Shown here piece after piece: positions 1-14,022 of a stretch of 64,000 nt of DNA. Under the pieces are notes generated by a model, which saw only the letters and a program-made list of their open reading frames with translations, made no database searches and had not been told where the DNA came from. Each line of letters opens with the position of its first letter. The first letter of the stretch is position 1. The DNA lies in assembly GCA_965153355.1 (NCBI GenBank), contig OZ231126.1, positions 2,728,001-2,792,000 on the forward strand, in the 5' to 3' direction. Both the position numbers and the translations under genes were made by a program. This DNA comes from Flaccisagitta enflata (lineage: Eukaryota).

Positions 1-2350
1 TGGGTATTTTTGGTCATTTTTAAGTTATTTTAGGTACTTAAGGTATTTTAGGGTACTTTCAGATACTTTTGGGTACTTTTTGGTATTTTTGAGTATTTTT
101 GAGTATCTATGGGTATCTTTAGGTGTTTTTGGGTATCATAGGGTATTTTTGGGTATTTTGGGTATTTTGACAACTTTTTATTGGGCACTCGTTATAAGTT
201 CAGAATGTAACTTTTTTTGGGACAGTCGTTATGTAATTTGAAGTTGTAGAATGAAGTTATGTAGTCCGAAGTTATGTAGTCCGAAGGGATCTTTAATACT
301 ATTAAAGATCCCTTGTAAGTATGTAAGTATGTATGTATGTAAGTATGTAATTATCTAAGTACGTAAGTATGTAAGTATGTAAGTATGTAGGTTAGTATGT
401 AAGTATGTAGGTAAGTATGTATGTAAGTATGTAAGTAGGTAAGTGTGTAAGTATGTGAGTATGTAGGTAAGTATGTAAGTATGTAAGTAAGTATGTAGGT
501 ATGTAAGTATGTAAGTAAGTATGTAAGTATGTATGTAAGTATGTAAATATGTAGGTAAGTATGTAAGTATGTATGTATGTATGAAAGTATGTAAGTAAGT
601 ATGTATGTATGTATGTATGTTTGTACGTATGTATGGAAATAAGTATGTATGTAAGTATGTATGTAAGTATGTAAGTATGTAAGTAAGTATGTAAGTATGT
701 ATGTAAGTATGTATGTAGGTATATAAACATGTAAGTATGTAAGTATGTAAGTATGTAAGTAAGTATGTCAGTATGTATATAAGTATGTAAGTACGTAAGT
801 ATGTCAGTATGTAGGTAAGTATGTAAGTATGTAGGTAAGTATGTAAGTAAGTATGTATGTAAGTATGTAAGTAGGTAAGTATGTAAGTATGTGAGTATGT
901 ACCTAACTATGTAAGTATGTAATTATGTAAGTATGTAGGTATGTAAGTATGTAAGTAAGTATGTAAGTATGTGAGTGTGTAGGTAAGTATGTAGGTATGT
1001 AAGTATGTAAGTAAGTATGTAAGTAAGCATGTAAGTATGTGAGTATGTAGGTAAGTAGGTAAGTATGTAACTAATGTAAGTATGTAAGTATGTAAGTATG
1101 TAAGTATGCAAGTAAGTATGACAGTATGTAAGTACATAAGTATGTAAGTATGTATGTATGTAAGTAGGTAAGTAGGTAAGTATGTAAGTATGTATGTAAG
1201 TATGTAAGTAAGTATGTAGGTATGTAAGTATGTATGTATGTAAGTAAGAATGTAAGTATGTATGTATGTAAGTAAGAATGTAAGTATGTAAGTATGTATG
1301 TAAGTAAGAATGTAAGTATGTAAGTATGTATGTAAGTAAGAATGTAAGTATGTAAGTATGTAGGTAAGTATGTAAGTGTGCAGGTAAGTATGTAAGTGAG
1401 TAAGTATGTATGTAAGTATGTAAGTAGGTAAGTATGTAAGTATGTGAGTATGTATGTAAGTATGTAAGTAAGTATGTAGGTACAGTTAAACCCCGCAATA
1501 ACGAATGTCAAGGGACTAACAAATTTTATCCACTATAGCCGGATTTCCCTTATAGCCAACATAGAAATCAAAAGAAATTGATATGAAGGGACCATGTTCT
1601 TAGATTTGTTATAGGCGGATTTCCATTACTCTTGGATCCGTTATAGCGGGGTTTAACTGTATGTAAGTATGTAAGTAAGTATGAAAGTATGAAAGTATGA
1701 AAGTATGTAAGTATGTAAGTATGTAAGTATGTAAGTATGTGAGTATGTGAGTATGTGAGTATGTGAGTATGTGAGTATGTGAGTATGTAAGTATGTGAGT
1801 ATGTAAGTATGTGAGTATGTAGGTAAGTAAGTATGTAAGTACGTAAGTATGTATGTAAGTATGTAAGTAGGTAAGTATGTGAGTATGTAGGTATGTAAGT
1901 AAGTAAGTAAGTAAGTATGTAGGTAGGTAAGTAAGTATGTAAGTATGTAGGTATGTATGTATGAAAGTATGTAAGTAAGTATGTATGTATGTATGTATGT
2001 ATGTATGTTTGTACGTATGTATGGAAATAAGTATGTATGTAAGTATGTATGTTAGTAAGTAAGTATGTAAGTATGTAAGTAAGTATGTAAGTATGTATGT
2101 AAGTATGTATGTAAGTATGTATGTAAGTATGTAAGTATGTAGTATGTATGTAAGTATGTAAGTAAATATGTAAGTATGTATGTATGTAAGTATGTAAGTA
2201 TTTAAGTATGTAAGTATGTAAGTATGTAGTATGTAAGTATGTAGTATGTATGTAGTAAGTATGTAGTATGAAGTTATGTAGTTGTGTGTAGTATGAAGTT
2301 GTGTAGTTTTGTGTAACTTAGCACGCGACTGTTGGCCTGTTGGGCTTGTT
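1..2350 (+). mobile_element. Non-autonomous Helentron-like (HINE) element, 5' end outside the window, swollen by a (TAAG/TATG)n satellite
   Basis: Ends in ttagcacgcgact...ggcttgtt. This terminus and the internal gggtattttt-type repeats match the reverse-strand copy at ~32672-33047. About 2 kb of gtaagtat tandem repeat lies inside. Confidence 0.6.
1483..1659. mobile_element. Tc1/mariner (pogo/Tigger-like) MITE
   Basis: TA|CAGTTAAACCCCGC...GCGGGGTTTAACTG|TA: terminal inverted repeats with a TA duplication, inserted in the satellite. Confidence 0.85.
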
Positions 2351-2358
2351 TGTTTCGT

Positions 2359-2680
2359 TTTTAGTCGCGGACATGCAACTACACCTTGTGTCAGGTCAGT
2401 TGGTAGGTCGGTAGGTCACATTTTTAGTTGCGGACACGCAACTCTATAAGAGGCTTTGTCCGTCCGTCCATCAGTAAGTTGGTTGGTCGGTTGGTTGGTT
2501 GGTTGGTTAGTTGGTCCATAGAAGTGATCGAGTAAAAAAGTGGGAAAACGCACATTACCGCCCCTGCCTACCCGTCCGCAACTGGTGGCCGTGTATCCGG
2601 CCTTGTTGATTTGCGAGCGGTTTTCGCATTCATGCTCCTGCCCAACCTTTTGCGACTGGACTGCCGTTTATCCGGCCTTT
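2359..2680 (+). mobile_element. Two nested short HINE elements (inner ~2421-2607)
   Basis: ttttagt(c/t)gcggaca.gcaact 5' hairpin, GGTC/GGTT microsatellite, 3' sub-terminal inverted repeat and gccgtgtatccggccttgtt end hairpin. Confidence 0.75.
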
Positions 2681-2689
2681 TTTTTTTGT

Positions 2690-3070
2690 TTTCTTTTTTC
2701 AGTTGTTGCTTTTTTCGTTTGTTTTGCTTATTTCGTCTGTTGTGCTTGTTTCGTTTTGTTTGTATTGTTTGCTTTGTTAATTTTCTTTGTTTTGTTTGTC
2801 TTGCTTGTCTTGTTTCTCTTGTTTGTCATGTTTGTCTTGTTTGTTTTGTTGGGTTTGTTGGGTTTGTTGGGTTTGTTTGTTTTGTTTGGTTTGTTTTGTT
2901 TCGTTTGTTTGTTTTCTTTTTTGTTTGTTTTGTTTTTTGAATTGTTTGTTTTTGTTTGTTTTGTTTTTTGAATTGTTCATTTTGGTTTTTGTTTGTTTTG
3001 TTTTTACTGTATGTTTTGTTTTTTGTTTTGTCTTTTGCTTACCTACTTTTGTCTTCTTTGTTTCTTTTAT
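2690..3070. repeat. Low-complexity (TTTG/TTGT)n tract
   Basis: Directly visible degenerate T/G-rich repeat. Confidence 0.85.
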
Positions 3071-3285
3071 AATAAGATACATGATGATTAATTGTTGCTA
3101 GCTACTTTTGCAGACACCTATGTCTTTATGACACTTTAATACTTCATTATCTATAAGCCTCCTTTCAAAATCTGTATCATTATCTTGAGATCTGGCGACC
3201 ACTTCCAAAAATGACAAACAAATTTGCCTCCTCTGCATCTATCTCTCTCTTTCTAAATTGCTCTCCCTTTCAATTTCGTTTCTAG

Positions 3286-3665
3286 GTACCGGCAAGCCCT
3301 ACGTTCCCGCCGACGGCAATGTATTCATTCGTCAAAAGTTCCAACTCTGGACTCGTCAGCATCCTCTCATCCAAAACGTGTACGCTTCCGGTATGAAGCT
3401 GAACTCGAAGCGGCCCGACGGGAACAGCGTCAGCAGCGACAGCACCATGTGGAACTACGTCAGGAACGCCTTCAGCATCAATCTCAAGAGGCAATTGAGA
3501 ATCGCGTCCTTCAAGAATACCGAGGAAGTTTATGTCGGCGGGTTTGGGCCGAATGGTGGTGGTGGTGGTGGTGGTGGTGGTGGTGGTGGTGGTGGTGGTG
3601 GTGGTGGTGGTGGTGGTGGTGGCGGTGGCGGTGTTGGAGGTGGCAACGGAAATGTCTACAAATAA
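3286..3665 (+). CDS. Probable terminal coding exon of an unidentified gene (poly-Gly tail)
   Basis: Pyrimidine tract plus ttctag acceptor at 3285 (phase 1). GC-richer, protein-like frame GTGKPYVPADGNVFIRQKFQLW...GFGPN(G)nNVYK*. Family not recognised. Confidence 0.6.
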
Positions 3666-4396
3666 TTACAGGCCCTCGTTACAAACATTCCTCTCTCTAT
3701 GATGCTGTGTTGGTGTTGCATGTTGGTTGAATCCTGATTTCATTAATTATTGCTAATTGCTAAGCTCGACAAGTTTGGGTCACTCAAAACTGGCTCATCA
3801 TTCAAACGCATTTTCTGTAGAAATGAAGATTTTGTGATTTTTCATCATTCTGACAAAATTTAGTTCTGATTTTGCATTTGGACATCAAAATGTTTTAATC
3901 AACATGCAAATTTATTATTCGTTGGCAGGCCTGTATATAGGCCCAGGGGGAAAATACACCGCTTTTAGATCAGACTGTCGCGAAAAGAAGATATACTACT
4001 CCAAAACTATTCATAGTAATTAGTTTTTTCTTTTTTCTACTGATAGATAATTTGATTAAGTTTTGCTACTTGTAAGCAAAGAATGTCCCACCAACTAAAA
4101 GATTTAAGCCTCCTACTTACAATTAGAGATGCAGAAGCGGTAGATTTTTGGACCGCTTCCGCTTCCGCTTCCAAAAGGCATATTTGAGAATTGACAGCTT
4201 CCGCTTCCGCTTCCGCTTCCACCATTTCAAAAAGCATAGCTTCCGCTTCTGCTTCCGCTTCCACCCTTTTAGAAGGCATAGCTTCCACTTCTTCCGCTTC
4301 CGCTTCCGCTTCCGCTTCCGCTTCCGCTTCCGCTTCCACATTGTTGAGTATTTCACTGTAACATTCATTTAAGTTATGTAAGATGTTTTTTATGTA

Positions 4397-4566
4397 AAAC
4401 AAGGCCGGATACACGGCAATCCAGTCGCGGACGGTTGGGCAGGAGCAGTAATGCAAAAACCGCTCGGAATTCAAAAATCTGACGGATGGACCGACCGATC
4501 TACCGACCAACCGACCGACCAACCGACACGGTAAGGTGTAGAGTCGCGTGTCCGCGACTAAAAAAA
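4397..4566 (-). mobile_element. Short HINE element
   Basis: Reverse complement of the ttttagtcgcggacacgcgact...gccgtgtatccggccttgtt family. Confidence 0.8.
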
Positions 4567-4769
4567 GGGGGGATAAAATGGGGAAATATGAAAGATAATA
4601 GAAAATATGTTAATGACATAGATATTAGTATAATTTTTTTGTTGTCATTAGTTATTGCAATGAGTTTAAACAATCATTTTGTTTTTATTAATTTAAAAAT
4701 TTATGAAATCAGGTCTTAATGTATATGAGTCTTGCTCCTTTCCAATTAACCAATCAACTGTGAATAAAT

Positions 4770-4846
<77 letters not shown>

Positions 4847-4920
4847 GAATGAGTGAGCAAAACACAGACAGACAGAAAGAGATATACAGACAGACAGAAA
4901 AAAGTCAGATAAAGCAAATG

Positions 4921-5248
4921 CAGGGGTGTATATAGTTGAGCGGCTTTTGATTTTATTCCCCCCCCTGCCTTTGATTTTCTTCCCCGCGACGCGACGCGTC
5001 GCGTTACAAAATCTTTGATTTTCTTCCCCTCAAAGCTATAAAACGGTATATTTTAGGTTTAAATAGTGTTAAATTGTATTGCAGTAATTGCATTTTACCT
5101 TTTAGTACTACCAAAAGTGTTAGATCTTCAAAAATTTTCTTTTTTCTTTTTTTCAAACTTTTGATTTTCTTCCCCATCTCCAAACCCTTTGATTCTATTC
5201 CCCCCCCCCCCACCGGGGGGGGGGAATACTCAGCTTTATACACCCCTG
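4921..5248. mobile_element. hAT MITE
   Basis: caggggtgtata...tatacacccctg with a perfect 8-bp TSD agcaaatg. Related copy at 49372-49722. Confidence 0.9.
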
Positions 5249-6000
5249 AGCAAATGAAGAATGAAAGGATAGACCAACAGAGACAAACAGGTGAAGGAAA
5301 AATATACAAAAGCAATAAAAAAAATAATAACACCAAAAGAAAAAAAAAACAAAAAATGAATAAATTATACTAAAATAAGTATCATCAAAACTGACATGAT
5401 TATTGTCAAAATATTGTCAGGATCTGAAGTGGAAGCGGAAGCGGAAGCGGAAGCGGAAGCGGAAGCGCTTGATTATGTCCTTTCGCTTCCGCTTCCGCTT
5501 CCATTAGGCCTCAAAAAACGTTTTCGCTTCCGCTTCCGCTTCCACTTGATTTCAAAATTGCGCTTCCGCTTCCGCTTCCGCTTCCATGCTCAAACTACCG
5601 CTTCCACCCGCTTCCGCTTCCGCTTCCGCTTCCGCTTCTGCATCTCTACTTACAATAAATGAATATTGCATATTTCACATTGAAGGATTTTTTTCCCAAC
5701 AATTTTTTCTTTACTTTATTTCATAGTTGTCATTTCCACACAAATTGAGCTTAATTGCTAGAATATGTCTAGAATTTGAGAGAATTTAATGTAGTTAATG
5801 ATGTAAGGAAAAAAAGTTCTCTCTGATTTTAATTTTGAACAATTTTCAGACAATTCTTCAAATTATCTACCACAGAAAAAAAGGAATCAAGTGGTTGTCT
5901 TAAGTATTATTTGAGTAAGATATCTTCTTGTCCGATCTTAAAGCGGTGTAATCAAAGGGTTTGGAGATGGGGCAGAGAATCTAAGGGGGGAAAAAGAGAA

Positions 6001-6750
6001 AATAGTCGCAAAAGCGTTAGATGGTCAGCGGTACCCGTTGCCCCTATGTGAGTATATGTGATGTGTGATGGTGAGAGGGGCAGCGGCCCCGAAGGGGCCG
6101 ATGACCCATGCTTAGTAAGTTTGAGCCTCAAGACTGTGATTTGAGCCATGAGGCTGTGATTTGAGCCATGAGGCTGTGATTTAAGCCTCGAGGCTGTGAT
6201 TTGAGCCTCGAGGCTGTGATTTGAGCCTCAAGGCTAATATTTGAGGCTTGAGGCTGGGATATGAGGCTTTAGGCTGGGATACGAGCCTCGAGGCTGGGAT
6301 TTGAGTATCTAGGCTGGGATTTGAGCCATGAGGCTCCTATTTGAGCCTCGTGGCTGTAATTTGAAGCTTTAGGCTGTAATTTAAGCCATGAGGCTGTGAT
6401 TTGAGCCTGAAGGCTAGGATTTGAGGCTTGAGGCTTGGATTTGATGGTTTAGGCTGGGATTTGAGCCTTGAGGCTGGGATGTTAGCCTTGAGGCTGGGAT
6501 ATAGGCCTCTAGACTGGGATTTGAGCCTCAAGGTTGGGCTTTGAGTCTTGAGGCAAGGATTTGGGCCTTGAGGCTAGAATTTGGGCCTCTAGACTAGGAT
6601 TTGGGCCTCTAGACTAGGATCATGGCCGCAGGGCCAGGATATGAAGGGGGTGGACGGAGGAGAAGAAGAAGGAGAAGGAGAAGAAGGAAAAATTTCCCTT
6701 ATGTGTGAAAGCATAGGTCATCGGCCCCTTCGGGGCCGCTGCCCAAAAAA
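6001..6750 (-). mobile_element. HINE-like family B element with 20-bp tandem repeats (gaggctgggatttgagcctc)
   Basis: Reverse strand begins ttttgggcagcggccccgaaggggccgatgacc and ends near gggtaccgctgacc. Related copies at ~30413, 36071, 36739, 43177, 43900. Confidence 0.7.
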
Positions 6751-8473
6751 GCAAGTTTGGGGAAAATAAAACTTGGCAGTACCAAATCATAAAAACTGTT
6801 TAGTAAAACACAATTTAACACTATATTAACCTTTAAAAACACGATTCTATTGTTATATGGGGAAGAAACTCATATATTTTGTAACGCGTTGAAAGGCAAG
6901 GGGGGGTGAATTAATCAAAGGTTATGGAACTATACACACCCCTGTTCGGCGGAGATCCGCTGTAAATTAATTTTTACACTCTTATTTTGTCAGGATTTTT
7001 TTCGTTTCAATCTGAAAAATTTGCGTTGATACGTCTTGTTTTCAGTCGATAATAGAACTCCAGATAACTGATACAGTGATACCGAAAATTAGTTATTTCG
7101 CAGGAGGCTAGAGTAGATCCCGTGTAGAAGTGGGGAATGAATAGCTTAGTTGGTTGGAAAAAAGTCGAAGTTATGAAGAATCTTCGAATTTTGTTTGAAA
7201 AAAGTAATAGTTTCTCGACTTTTGTTTGGATGAAAATTAATGTTTTGAAGATTTTTAGAATTTTTTTGGAACTGTAAAAGAAAACGGGGTTCCCTTTGTT
7301 TTTGAGGCGTTTGAGCAAGTTGCTATATTTGGGGCTCAAAATGAAAATTATGTATACAATTTTGGGGTTTTGACCGTCTTTAGATGGCGCCAAGCAGAAA
7401 TCCGTGCGATCAATATTTTTAGTAACAAACCTTTAAACTGGATCATTTAATCATGCATATCAATTTTTTGCATTAAGCCCTTAACTCTGATCATTTCTGC
7501 TTAATTCTGGAGACAAGAGAAAAGAGAGAGAGAGAGAGAGAGAGAGAAATAGGGAGAGAGAGAATGTGTATGAGACGGAGAGAGAGTTGAACAAGGCCGA
7601 GAGATATCCAATGGATGCGTCCTCTTTAGATTAGTTATTAAGATATAAGTTTTTAAGATAGGAAGATATTAAGATTTTATGATATGAAGATATAAAGAAA
7701 CTGAGATTTATAGAAAAAAAAACTGATTCCTCCCACTTTCCTACACCTCCCCAGCCCCCACGCCTCCCCAACCCCACGCCTCCCCACCCACCACGCCTCA
7801 CCAGCCCCCCCACGCCTCCCTAACCCTCCCCAGCCCCCCACGCCTCCCTAACCCTCCCCACGCCTCCCCATCCCCATACGCCTCCCCTTTTTCCCACGCC
7901 TCCCAACCCCCTACACCTCCCCCATGCCTCCCCTCCCCCAACACCTCTTCCTCAAAAAGAGACATGAAGGGACTTGGAGAGACATGGAGAGACATGAGGA
8001 AACATGTGGAGACATGACAGACATGAAGAGACATTTAGAGACATGAGAGAAATAAGAGAAATAAGCGAAATAAGAGACATAAGAGAGATAAGAAAAATAA
8101 AAGAAGTAAGAGACATAAGAGATGTATAAGACGTAAGAGACGTAAGAGACAGTAAGAGACTAGGAGACATATAGGAGACAAAAGAGACATAAGAGACAAA
8201 AGAGGCAAAAGAGGTAAAAGAGACAAAAGAGACAAAAGAGGCGAAAGAGACATAAGAGACAAAAGAGATATAAGAGAGATAAATACATGAAGAGACATGA
8301 AGAGAAATAAAGAGATAAGCTCAGAAGTCGCTTTTAGAAATGTTTTTTTTCTTGTTTCCGACCTTCCAAGGGACAGAGCCTTTTATAGAGATGCAAGGAC
8401 GCATCCAAAAAGGTGTTGCAATAAAATATAATATGATAAAAGATGTCACACCACAACTCAGCTTCCAGAACAT

Positions 8474-10979
8474 TTTTAGGTGCGCCATAGCACCTCTATG
8501 AGAGGCTCTGTCTGTCGGTCGGTTGGTTGGTTTGTCGGTCACGTCACGCTCGAGTTGAAAATCATGAAAAGAAGCAAAAATCACTGGAAATGATTCAGAA
8601 ATATGCTAGGATGATTTTTAGATGCGCCATAGCATCTCTATAAGATGTTTGAAATCAATAGAAAACTCATTTCTTTCATCATAAATGATACTAATATATC
8701 AAAAATGATATATATCATAAATGATATAATATATATCATATCTATATCATCATATATATCATATATATCATATATATCATATATATATATATATACCATA
8801 TCTATATATCATATATCATATATCATATCTATATATCATATATCATATATCATATCATATATCATATCATATATCATATCATATATCATATATCATATAT
8901 CATATATCATATATCATATCATATATCATATATCATATATCATATCATATATCATATCATATATCATATCATATATCATATCATATATTATATCATATAT
9001 CTTATCATATGTCATATCATATCATATATCATATATCATATATCATATATCATACATCATATCATATATTATATCATATATCTTATCATATATCTTATCA
9101 TATGTCATATCATATCATATATCATATCATATATCATAACATATATTATATCATTTATCATATCATATATCATATATCATATCTTATATCATATCGTATA
9201 TCATATCATATATCATATCATATACCATATATCATATCATATATCATATCATATATCATATCATATCAGATATAATATCATATCATATGAAAGTTGGACA
9301 ACACTACTACTCAACCCTACTTTACTTAAGGATGAGAGCCTTTGGAGCTCTCACTGGTGTTTAATCCGGACCCATCACAACTATCCTTAGTATTCAAAAT
9401 AACTAAGTCTATCTCAACATAATCATGAAATAATTCAAGACAACAATCCAACCAGGAACCAACCAGGAAAAAATCAATAATTCTAACCTGTTTGCTACAA
9501 GTACCAGTGACAAGAAAGAGTACCAGACGATTGTGCTGTTTTGGACCACACATCCATCTGATCTTCCCATTGTAAAAGGTTCATGCAACCCACAACCTAA
9601 AATCAAAATCCTTTCCACTGATTGAGACCATTCCCTCAAACATTTCATGTCAACCCAAAATAAAAAGATGCAAAGTAGTCAGCACATCCCTATTATTTAT
9701 AGTGAACAAATAACCAAATGATGATGTAGCTATCCAAGGATAATCTAGATATCAAAGGCAATGTTGTCAAAAACCATACCATTAGAGGCAAGAATCGAGA
9801 ATCAACCATATGGGATCGCCGGCATTCTATACCATGGCACTGAAATATATGAAAGTTGGACAACACTACTACTCAACCCTACTTTACATAAGGATGAGAG
9901 CCTTTGGAGCTCTCACTGGTGTTTAATCCGGACCCATCACAACTATCCTTAGTATTCAAAATAAATAATCATATATCATATATTATATCATATATCATAT
10001 CGTATATCATATCATATATCATATCATATATCATATCATATATCATATCATATATCATATATCATATCATATATCATATCATATATCATATATCATATAT
10101 CATATATCATATCATATATCATATCATATATCATATCATATCATATATCATATCATATATCATATCATATCATATATCATATCATATATCATATCATATA
10201 TCATATCATATATCATATCATATATCATATCATATATCATATCATATATCATATATCATATATCATATCATATATCATATCATATATCATATCATATATC
10301 ATATCATATGTCATATCATATGTCATATCATATATCATATCATATATCATATCATATATCATATCATATATCATATCATATATCATATCATATATCATAT
10401 CACATATCATATCATATATCATATATCATATCATATATCATATATATCATATATATCATATATATCATATATATCATATATATCATATATATCATATATA
10501 TCATATATATCATATATATCATATATATCAGAAATGATACTAATATAATCAGCTACGGTTAGGTCTTATAGAGCTGGGGATAGGTCGGATAGGTCTGGTG
10601 ATAGGTCGGATAGGTCTTAGGATAGGTCTGATAGAGCTGGGGATAGGTCTGATAGAGCTGGGTATAGGTCTGATAGAGCTGGTGATAGGTCTGATAGAGC
10701 TGGTGATAGGTCTGATAGAGCTTGGGAAAGGTCTGATAGAGCTCGGGAGAGGCCTGATAGAGCTCGGGATAGGTCTTATAGAGCTAGGAATGGTCTGATA
10801 GAGCTAGGGATAGGTCTGATGGAGCTAGGGATAGCTATGGATTAATAATGCCCGGCGGGATAGGTCTGATAGAGCTAGGAATGGTCTGATAGAGCTAGGG
10901 ATAGGTCTGATGGAGCTAGGGATAGCTATGAATAAATAACACTCGGCGCACCGTCTTGGCCCGTGTATCCGGCCTTGTT
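8474..10979 (+). mobile_element. HINE element carrying (CATAT)n satellite and ~21-bp gataggtctgatagagctggg repeats
   Basis: 5' ttttaggtgcgccatagcacc; 3' ggcgcacc...ggcccgtgtatccggccttgtt. Near-identical family copy at 12268-13836. Confidence 0.8.
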
Positions 10980-11292
10980 TATTCTTAACTACCATACCAA
11001 AGATGAAGAACAATTGACGCATTGCAAAACATAAGAGCAATCGTGAGGAGGCAAATACATGATAGAGAGAGATGTCCCACTCCAACCCAGCTCCTGGAGC
11101 TTCTAATCCAAAAGCTACAGCGCTGCTACTGCGCGCGCTTATGTGTGTGTCACAAGACTCTCTGTTCACATACATTTATTGTCTGATAATACACGATATG
11201 TCAGTAACGATTTTCTGAACAGAATTTTTCACAGTTCCTGAACGCAATTTCATTCACTAAAAAGATCTTACAAAAAAATAGGAATGAAAACG

Positions 11293-11641
11293 ATGGATTC
11301 TGAAACGGAGAAAACACCTTGGCTCCTCCTCCTCCTCCTCCTCCTCCTGATTACGATTCTGCAATATCAATGGGTCCAACATTAAGTCCACGACATGACC
11401 GATTCAAGCCTCCTTTTGATTCTACTCCAACCACTCCAAACCAAACTATTTTTGAGCCCATAGGGTGGGCACCAAACCCGTATCAACCATCTGCAAGTCC
11501 CAGGCATGCGAATTTTCAACCACCAATTTCCATGGAAACGATTCCTTACCCACCGGTATCAACTCCTTACCCTTTGGTGATAACCCCTGAGGGTCCAAAC
11601 CCTGTCTTACGGGGCAACTCCCACCCATACCAACTTCCAAC
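11293..11641 (+). pseudogene. Proline-rich coding exon (PPPDY motif), frameshifted near the ATG and interrupted by a transposon
   Basis: ATG 11293 (MDSETEK) is out of frame with LAPPPPPPPPDYDSAISMG...PYQLPT across an A-run. The frame resumes as YYPEQK after the element ends at 14022. Confidence 0.55.
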
Positions 11642-14022
11642 CATTGTAAAAAACGTCCTTTCCGGTTTGCACAAACCGGGACGTGGTTTGTTGATTTTGG
11701 CTGATTTTCAGCCAACCACCGCCAATTTATGTTGTAAGTCAACAAGCCACGGGACAGGGGTTTGTTGGATTTGGGTGCTTCCGAGGTTTATAGGAATCCA
11801 GCTGTGGTTTGTTGTCAGTTTGCCAAAGTAACAGGGCAGGTTTGTTGCAAACCAAGAAATGTCACTTTATTGGTTTAGATACAAACCACGGTCTAAGAAA
11901 AAACCGTGGTTCTTTTTCAAACCACAAAGAGATTGTTTTTGGTTTTATGAATAATTTTTTTTGTTTAAACCAAAAATTTTGTAACCTCATCTTTTTTGGC
12001 AACCATTTGCATTATTTTCTACTTAAAATAAAAAAAACAGGCTGCTGTTTCGGTGGACTGATAATTTTTATAAAAAAACTCTCAGTAGTTTTGAACTCTA
12101 ACAACAAAGACAATGGCCAAGGGGTTAAAGGACTTTGCTTCATATCCAAAGGTACCAAGTTTGATTCTCACAACTACCAGGTAAATTAAATGAGGTTGTA
12201 TGTTTGAAATATATATAGAGAGAGAAAGAGCCACTTTGCATTGTATCGTGGTTTGTTATACAAGGTGGTTTTTAGGTGCGCCATAGCACCTCTATGAGAG
12301 GCTCTGTCTGTCGGTTGGTCGGTCGGTTGGTTGGTTGGTTGGTCACGTCACGCTCGAGTTGAAGTTCTCGAAAAGACGCAAAAATCACTGGAAATGATTC
12401 AGAAATATGCTAGGATGATTTTTAGATGCGCCATAGCATCTCTATAAGAAGCTTTGTCCGTCCGTCCATCCATCCGTCGGTCACGCTCGAATGAAAAATC
12501 GCTAAAATTGTTTGAAATCAATAAAAAACTCATTTCTTTCATCATAAATGTATATATCATCATATGTATCATATATCATACATCATATCATACATCATAT
12601 GATATATCATATATCATATCATATATCATATCAGATATCATATCATATATCATATATATCATATCATATAGCATATCATATATCATACATCATATCATAT
12701 ATCATATCATATATCATATCATATATCATATCATATATCATATCATAAATCATATCATATATCATATAATAATAATATAATATAAAAGTAAAGCTACCAA
12801 AGGAAGCAACCTTTTTATGAGTTGCTCATCGAGATGGTAGCTATTCCGACAGAATTACAATTATGTGGCAAAGAAAAAAAATAACATATCATATCATATA
12901 TCATATCATATCATATCATATCATATATCATATCATATATCATATCATATATCATATCATATATCATATCATATATCACATTATATATCACATCATATAT
13001 CACATCATATATCACATCATATATCACATCATATATCATATCATATATCATATCATATATCATATCATATATCATATCATATATCATATCATATATCCTG
13101 TCATATATCCTGTCATATATCATATCATATCTTATATCATATCATATCATATATCATATCATATATCATATATCAAATCATATCATATATCATATTATAT
13201 ATCATATCATATATCATATCATATATCATATCATATATCATATCATATATCATATCATATATCATATCATCAAATCATATCATATATATCATATCATATA
13301 TCCATATCATATATCATATCATATATCATATCATATATCATATCATATATCATATCATATATCACATTATATATCACATTATATATCACATCATATATAT
13401 CATTTATATCATATATACCATATATATCATAAATGATACTAATATAATCAGCTACGGTTAGGTCTTATAGAGCTGGGGATAGGTTGGATAGGTCTGGCAA
13501 TAGGTCGGATAGGGCTTAGGATAGGTCTGATAGAGCTGGGGATAGGTCTGATAGAGCTGGTGATAGGTCTGATAGAGCTTGGGAAAGGTCTGATAGAGCT
13601 CGGGAGAGGCCTGATAGAGCTCGGGATAGGTCTTATAGAGCTAGGAATGGTCTGATAGAGCTAGGGATAGGTCTGATGGAGCTAGGGATAGCTATGGATT
13701 AATAATGCCCGGCGGGATAGGTCTGATAGAGCTAGGAATGGTCTGATAGAGCTAGGGATTGGTCTGTTGGAGCTAGGGATAGCTATGAATAAATAACGCT
13801 CGGCGCACCGTCTTGGCCCGTGTATCCGGCCTTGTTTAAAAAAAGGGCGCCTGGCCAACTTCCAAATACCAAAGAAATTGACCCAAAAACCAAGCATTTG
13901 GCAATGGTTTCATAATTGCTTCAAGAACAGTCCATGGTTTGTGCAAACCACAATTTTTTCTTGAAGTCCCCTAACTTTTTGGTAAACCGGGCAACAAACC
14001 ACGAACCACATTTTTTACAGTG
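11642..14022. mobile_element. CACTG/EnSpm(CMC)-type non-autonomous DNA transposon with an internal HINE
   Basis: Termini cattgtaaaaaa / ttttttacagtg, 2-bp TSD 'ac', and many subterminal ggtttg/caaacc repeats. Confidence 0.75.
12268..13836 (+). mobile_element. HINE element (same family as 8474-10979)
   Basis: Same termini and internal CATAT and 21-bp arrays. Confidence 0.8.

Larger units (their letters stand above)
4124..5648. mobile_element. hAT-type non-autonomous element with (TTCCGC)n subterminal repeats
   Basis: TIR tagagatgcagaagcgg / ccgcttctgcatctcta with a perfect 8-bp TSD cttacaat (4116-4123, 5649-5656). Confidence 0.9.
3926..6944. mobile_element. Old hAT-type non-autonomous element containing nested insertions
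   Basis: Termini caggcctgtatatag / ctatacacacccctg. Flanks ttcgttgg / ttcggcgg match at 6 of 8 (decayed 8-bp TSD). Confidence 0.6.

Noticed and set aside
392-3101. ORFs rich in YLHT, FVLF or KQTK
   Set aside because: Translations of simple-sequence repeats.
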